A stretch of 64,000 nucleotides of DNA from positions 20,832,001 through 20,896,000 of the forward strand of contig NC_087454.1 in assembly GCF_036321535.1 (NCBI RefSeq), written 5' to 3'. This stretch comes from Camelus dromedarius (taxonomy: Eukaryota). Below, piece by piece: positions 60,526-64,000 of this stretch (its first letter is position 1; each line of letters begins with the position of its first letter). The notes under the pieces were generated by a model that saw only the letters and a program-made list of their open reading frames with translations, had not been told where the DNA came from and searched no databases. Position numbers and translations under genes: made by a program.

Positions 60526-62683
60526 TCTTCTGAAACTTAGAATTTCCTCTATAAAAGGATTGTTTTAATTTAGTGTGTTAGAGGTATGATCCAACCGTAT
60601 CTCAAACATTTTAATTGGGCCCCTACTGTGAGCCAGCTCTGTGCTGGTCAGTGATGTGCCACATATTTGAGCCTTTTAGGAACATTCATTCCTCTTACTT
60701 AAAGACAGAGAGCCACCAATGTATGTGTGACTGTGAGGAACTGAGGGAGGGGAGGGAAATGGATTGCAATTTAGGGGAACTTTAATCTGTCCTTTTTGTA
60801 CCATAACTTAGTGTTGTAGATTTGGGAAAATAACCTGTATTGTTAAAAACAAGGCACTTCGATTTTTCAGGTATTTCAATGCTGAAAAATGCTGTGATTC
60901 TGTGGACTCCTGAAGGAACAGCATCCCTGGTAACTGATGATGTGACAGAATTGCAGCTGTTGTGTGGAGAGTAGAGTCTGTACCTCCTGACAAATAAGAA
61001 TGTCTCTGATCAACTGAAGGAAATTAAAAGTTAGTCAATAATTTAATGTAAGTGCAAATGTTTTCCAGGTTTGTCTCCTGATGCTGTCACTGAATTTAGT
61101 GGCACCTGGAGAAAACACAGAGAGAACGGGGCTTATAGGAGGCAATCTACATGGAATGGAGTGTCTTGAAGGTACCTTTGTACCACTTAACCTAACAATG
61201 TAATAAAACCAACTGCCCAAATCATAGTAGGCAGGGGGCTGAAAGATGGCTAAAGTCAGCCTTGGGCACAGTAGTTCAGCTTTAGAATGTAATATTTCAT
61301 ATAAAAAAATGTTCAATTCCTCATTCCTGTTTCCCATTAGGATTTCCTCATTTTATTGGGGTTATACCCTCTTATTCAACCTCTCTTGTTTATCCTAAGA
61401 AAAGATAAAAGAAGACTTTGCTAATGAATATGTTAAGACTGTTCAGGAAAAAGAACTCTATGGAAAAACTATGAATTACATCCTTTGATATAATCATATA
61501 ATTTTAAACATATAAATCTACTCTAGATAATTATTACACATTATGCTAGTATAAATGTAGTATCTCAGGTTTAGAATGGACTTTAGACGACAACTATCTG
61601 TCCAAAGTTCAGCATTAAATCACACTCCACCCAGTTCTGATAAGCATTCATTCTTCATGTGCCTTAATATTCCCAGGGATGGTACTCATCACGCTGCAGT
61701 GAAAAAATGATAACAATTAATTGAGAAATTTTTGTGCTTTTTACTTTGTACCCAGAATTATACAAGGAGTTTTTTACACAGCTTTTAAAAATTTAATTCT
61801 CACATTATCTCAGTGATTTTAGTACTCTTTTCAACCCTACAAATGGAAAGAATAAGATGATGAGTGGAGCCTTTGCGAAGATCCAGGGCTAGATAATGGT
61901 ACATTCCAGATTGAACCAAGATATGTGTGACTCCAAACCACACAAGCTCAGACATTGCATCATACAATGTCACAGTCAATTTCTGAAGAAAACAATGTTC
62001 CTTAGGTTGAAACTATTCTCATCACTTTAATTCATGGATATATGTATCAATAAGACCACTCCTTTTAATGAATGACAACTTTTTATGTAAACTGAGACAG
62101 CTACTATGTAGCAATTCTAGTTTCTTCAAAGGATTCCCACCATCCGCATTGTTACTCTCCTCTGTAAATGACAAAACTTGCATTTATCTTATGTAATCAT
62201 CCTCATTGCTCCTCACCAGTCTCCTTCAATTGAAGATAACAGTGACCTCCAAATTCCTATATTCAATCTAGTTCTCAATTATTATTTTAGATTTCTTAGC
62301 ATAATATAGTGCTAGCCTGAACATTTTGGAATAGAATAGAAATAGAGTCACTTCCTTTGGAAAAATTCATTTCTATTAACATGGAAATTTCAAAATTTCT
62401 TGGAGTGGTTGGGTTGAAGCCATTATTGTCCCTGAATCTGAGGAGAATCTACAATAATCCAGTACTGTTGAAAGTTGTGCAATTAACTAGTTGTGACGTG
62501 ATAATTTGGAAGAGTCACACTAGGGTTCATCTTAGATAATAGAATAAAAGGAATGGTAAAAAAACTAATCATATATGAAAAACATACTGAAATATAGTTA
62601 AAGAGAATACTGTCAAAATTGTCTATATAAATTTGACACACATTTACAAATCATATAAATTTCTTTTTTAAAAAGAATTAGCT

Positions 62684-62826
62684 GTGGGGGGGGTATAGCT
62701 CAAGTGGTAGAGCGCATGCCTAGCATGCATGAGGTCCTGGGTTCAATCTCCAGTACCTCCTCTAAAAATAAAAATATTTAATTAATAAAGTAATTGAATA
62801 ACAAAATAATAAATAAAAATATTTTT
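62684..62826 (+). mobile_element. tRNA-Ala-derived SINE (camelid Vic-1 type) with target-site duplication
   Basis: GGGGGGGTATAGCTCAAGTGGTAGAGCGCATGCCTAGCATGCATGAGGTCCTGGGTTCAATCTCCAGTACCTCC carries Pol III A/B boxes and an AGC anticodon-like loop. It has an A/T-rich tail and a perfect TSD, AAAAAGAATTAGCT, at 62670-62683 and 62827-62840. Confidence 0.88.
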
Positions 62827-64000
62827 AAAAAGAATTAGCTACTGACTATGACCTAAATTCTGTTGTTGTATAGTTCAAGTAAAACAATGTAGCAACTGTC
62901 ACCAAACTATCAATCCTACAGATGATCTCAAGGCTGAGCTTCTTCACTGAAAGCAGGAGGAGACACAATCCAGCTCAACTCCCGCTGTGTAAGAGAAGTG
63001 CTAAATAAGGGCTATTTCCTGATGAAAAGGCAGTTAAATTGGTTTCTGGAAGAAAGTGGTTATCAGTACAGAAGTTCTAGTCTCTGCTCTTGGTGCATGA
63101 GAGCATAGGTTTGCTTTTACGGAAAAGAAATCACAACATTCTTGGGAACAAGCAAGTGACATCAGATGTACACAGATTTGTTTTGTTTCCTTTGAACAAG
63201 AGGCTGGTTGAAATTTCTTTTTTACATTTTTTATATTTTTTACATTTTTATAGCATTACAGAATGTCTTGAGACTTATCAGTTGTCACAGAATGGGACTC
63301 ACTTATAGGAAGCCTTAATGGTTGCGATAAATTGGAGGAAATGGGCTTTTAGTTATCAGCAAGCCAGTTAGCACAGAATATCTGTCTCTTGTCCAAGTAG
63401 CCTCAGAATATTTTTTGTAGTTTCAGAAAGATACCACCACTAATCTGGAACTTAGTGAGAAGGGTACCTTTATCTAAGGAAAAACTATTATTAGTAAGAA
63501 ATGGATAAACAGATTCAATTTCTTCTTACCATGAAAGATATGTGTTCTGGGCAGACGTCTGCCATTTACAGGCCACGTTAGCAGGCTCTGTAAGACCCTC
63601 TCCAGTGAGAGCTCAGCGATGTCCTCCGTTAGGAACTTCGGGTGGAGCCAGTCTTTACACCATAGTGCTATCTAAGTCAGTAGACGGGTCTTCAACTTCC
63701 AAATGACATTCTTTGACTCGATTTACCTGTCCTTTAATATTTTAATACAGGACTTTTTTTTAGAACCAGAATGTTTGCCATTAAGCAGTCCAGAAAGATC
63801 AACTAGAATTCACATGGGCCCATCTGTTAATATTGTACGTAGGAGACTTTCCGTTTTCTTTCCCTTTGATCTAGATCTGATGTTAACTGTACTGTGGCAA
63901 AGTATCTACCTCCTTATCCAGTAAAAATATTGGCCAGATTATTTTCCAAAATTCCACTTCGTTTTTCCACTAGCAACTGCCCAGTGATTCCACGTGTACC

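Noticed and set aside
62686-62758. Functional tRNA-Ala(AGC) gene
   Set aside because: An A-rich tail, a TSD and a mismatched acceptor stem indicate a SINE, not a tRNA gene.
1-64000. CRISPR arrays, operons or other prokaryotic systems
   Set aside because: The sequence is intron-rich mammalian genomic DNA, and no regularly spaced repeat-spacer array was seen.

Overview
Mammalian MHC class III/class II boundary, most likely from a camelid (inferred from a tRNA-Ala-derived Vic-1-type SINE and the DRA sequence). Five multi-exon genes were reconstructed by hand from splice sites. (1) A BTNL1-like butyrophilin (-) has intact exon architecture but a single in-frame TAG in its IgC exon; its B30.2 exon lies beyond the left edge. 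(2) A head-to-head, intact 542-aa B30.2-containing BTNL paralog (+). (3) BTNL2 (-, about 518 aa), whose terminal exon is a decayed, full-length fossil B30.2 exon. (4) An intact MHC class II DRA (+, 253 aa) with an S-X-Y promoter and an inverted distal S'-X'-Y' module. (5) A divergent DRB (-) resembling the ruminant DRB2 lineage, with open exons 2-4 but lesions in the promoter, leader exon and exon 5. The rest is L1/L2/MIR/LTR/DNA-transposon debris, microsatellites, a U6 fragment and two assembly gaps. Most ORFs in the supplied track are spurious. Repeat family names and orthology calls come from recalled consensus sequences, not from searches.
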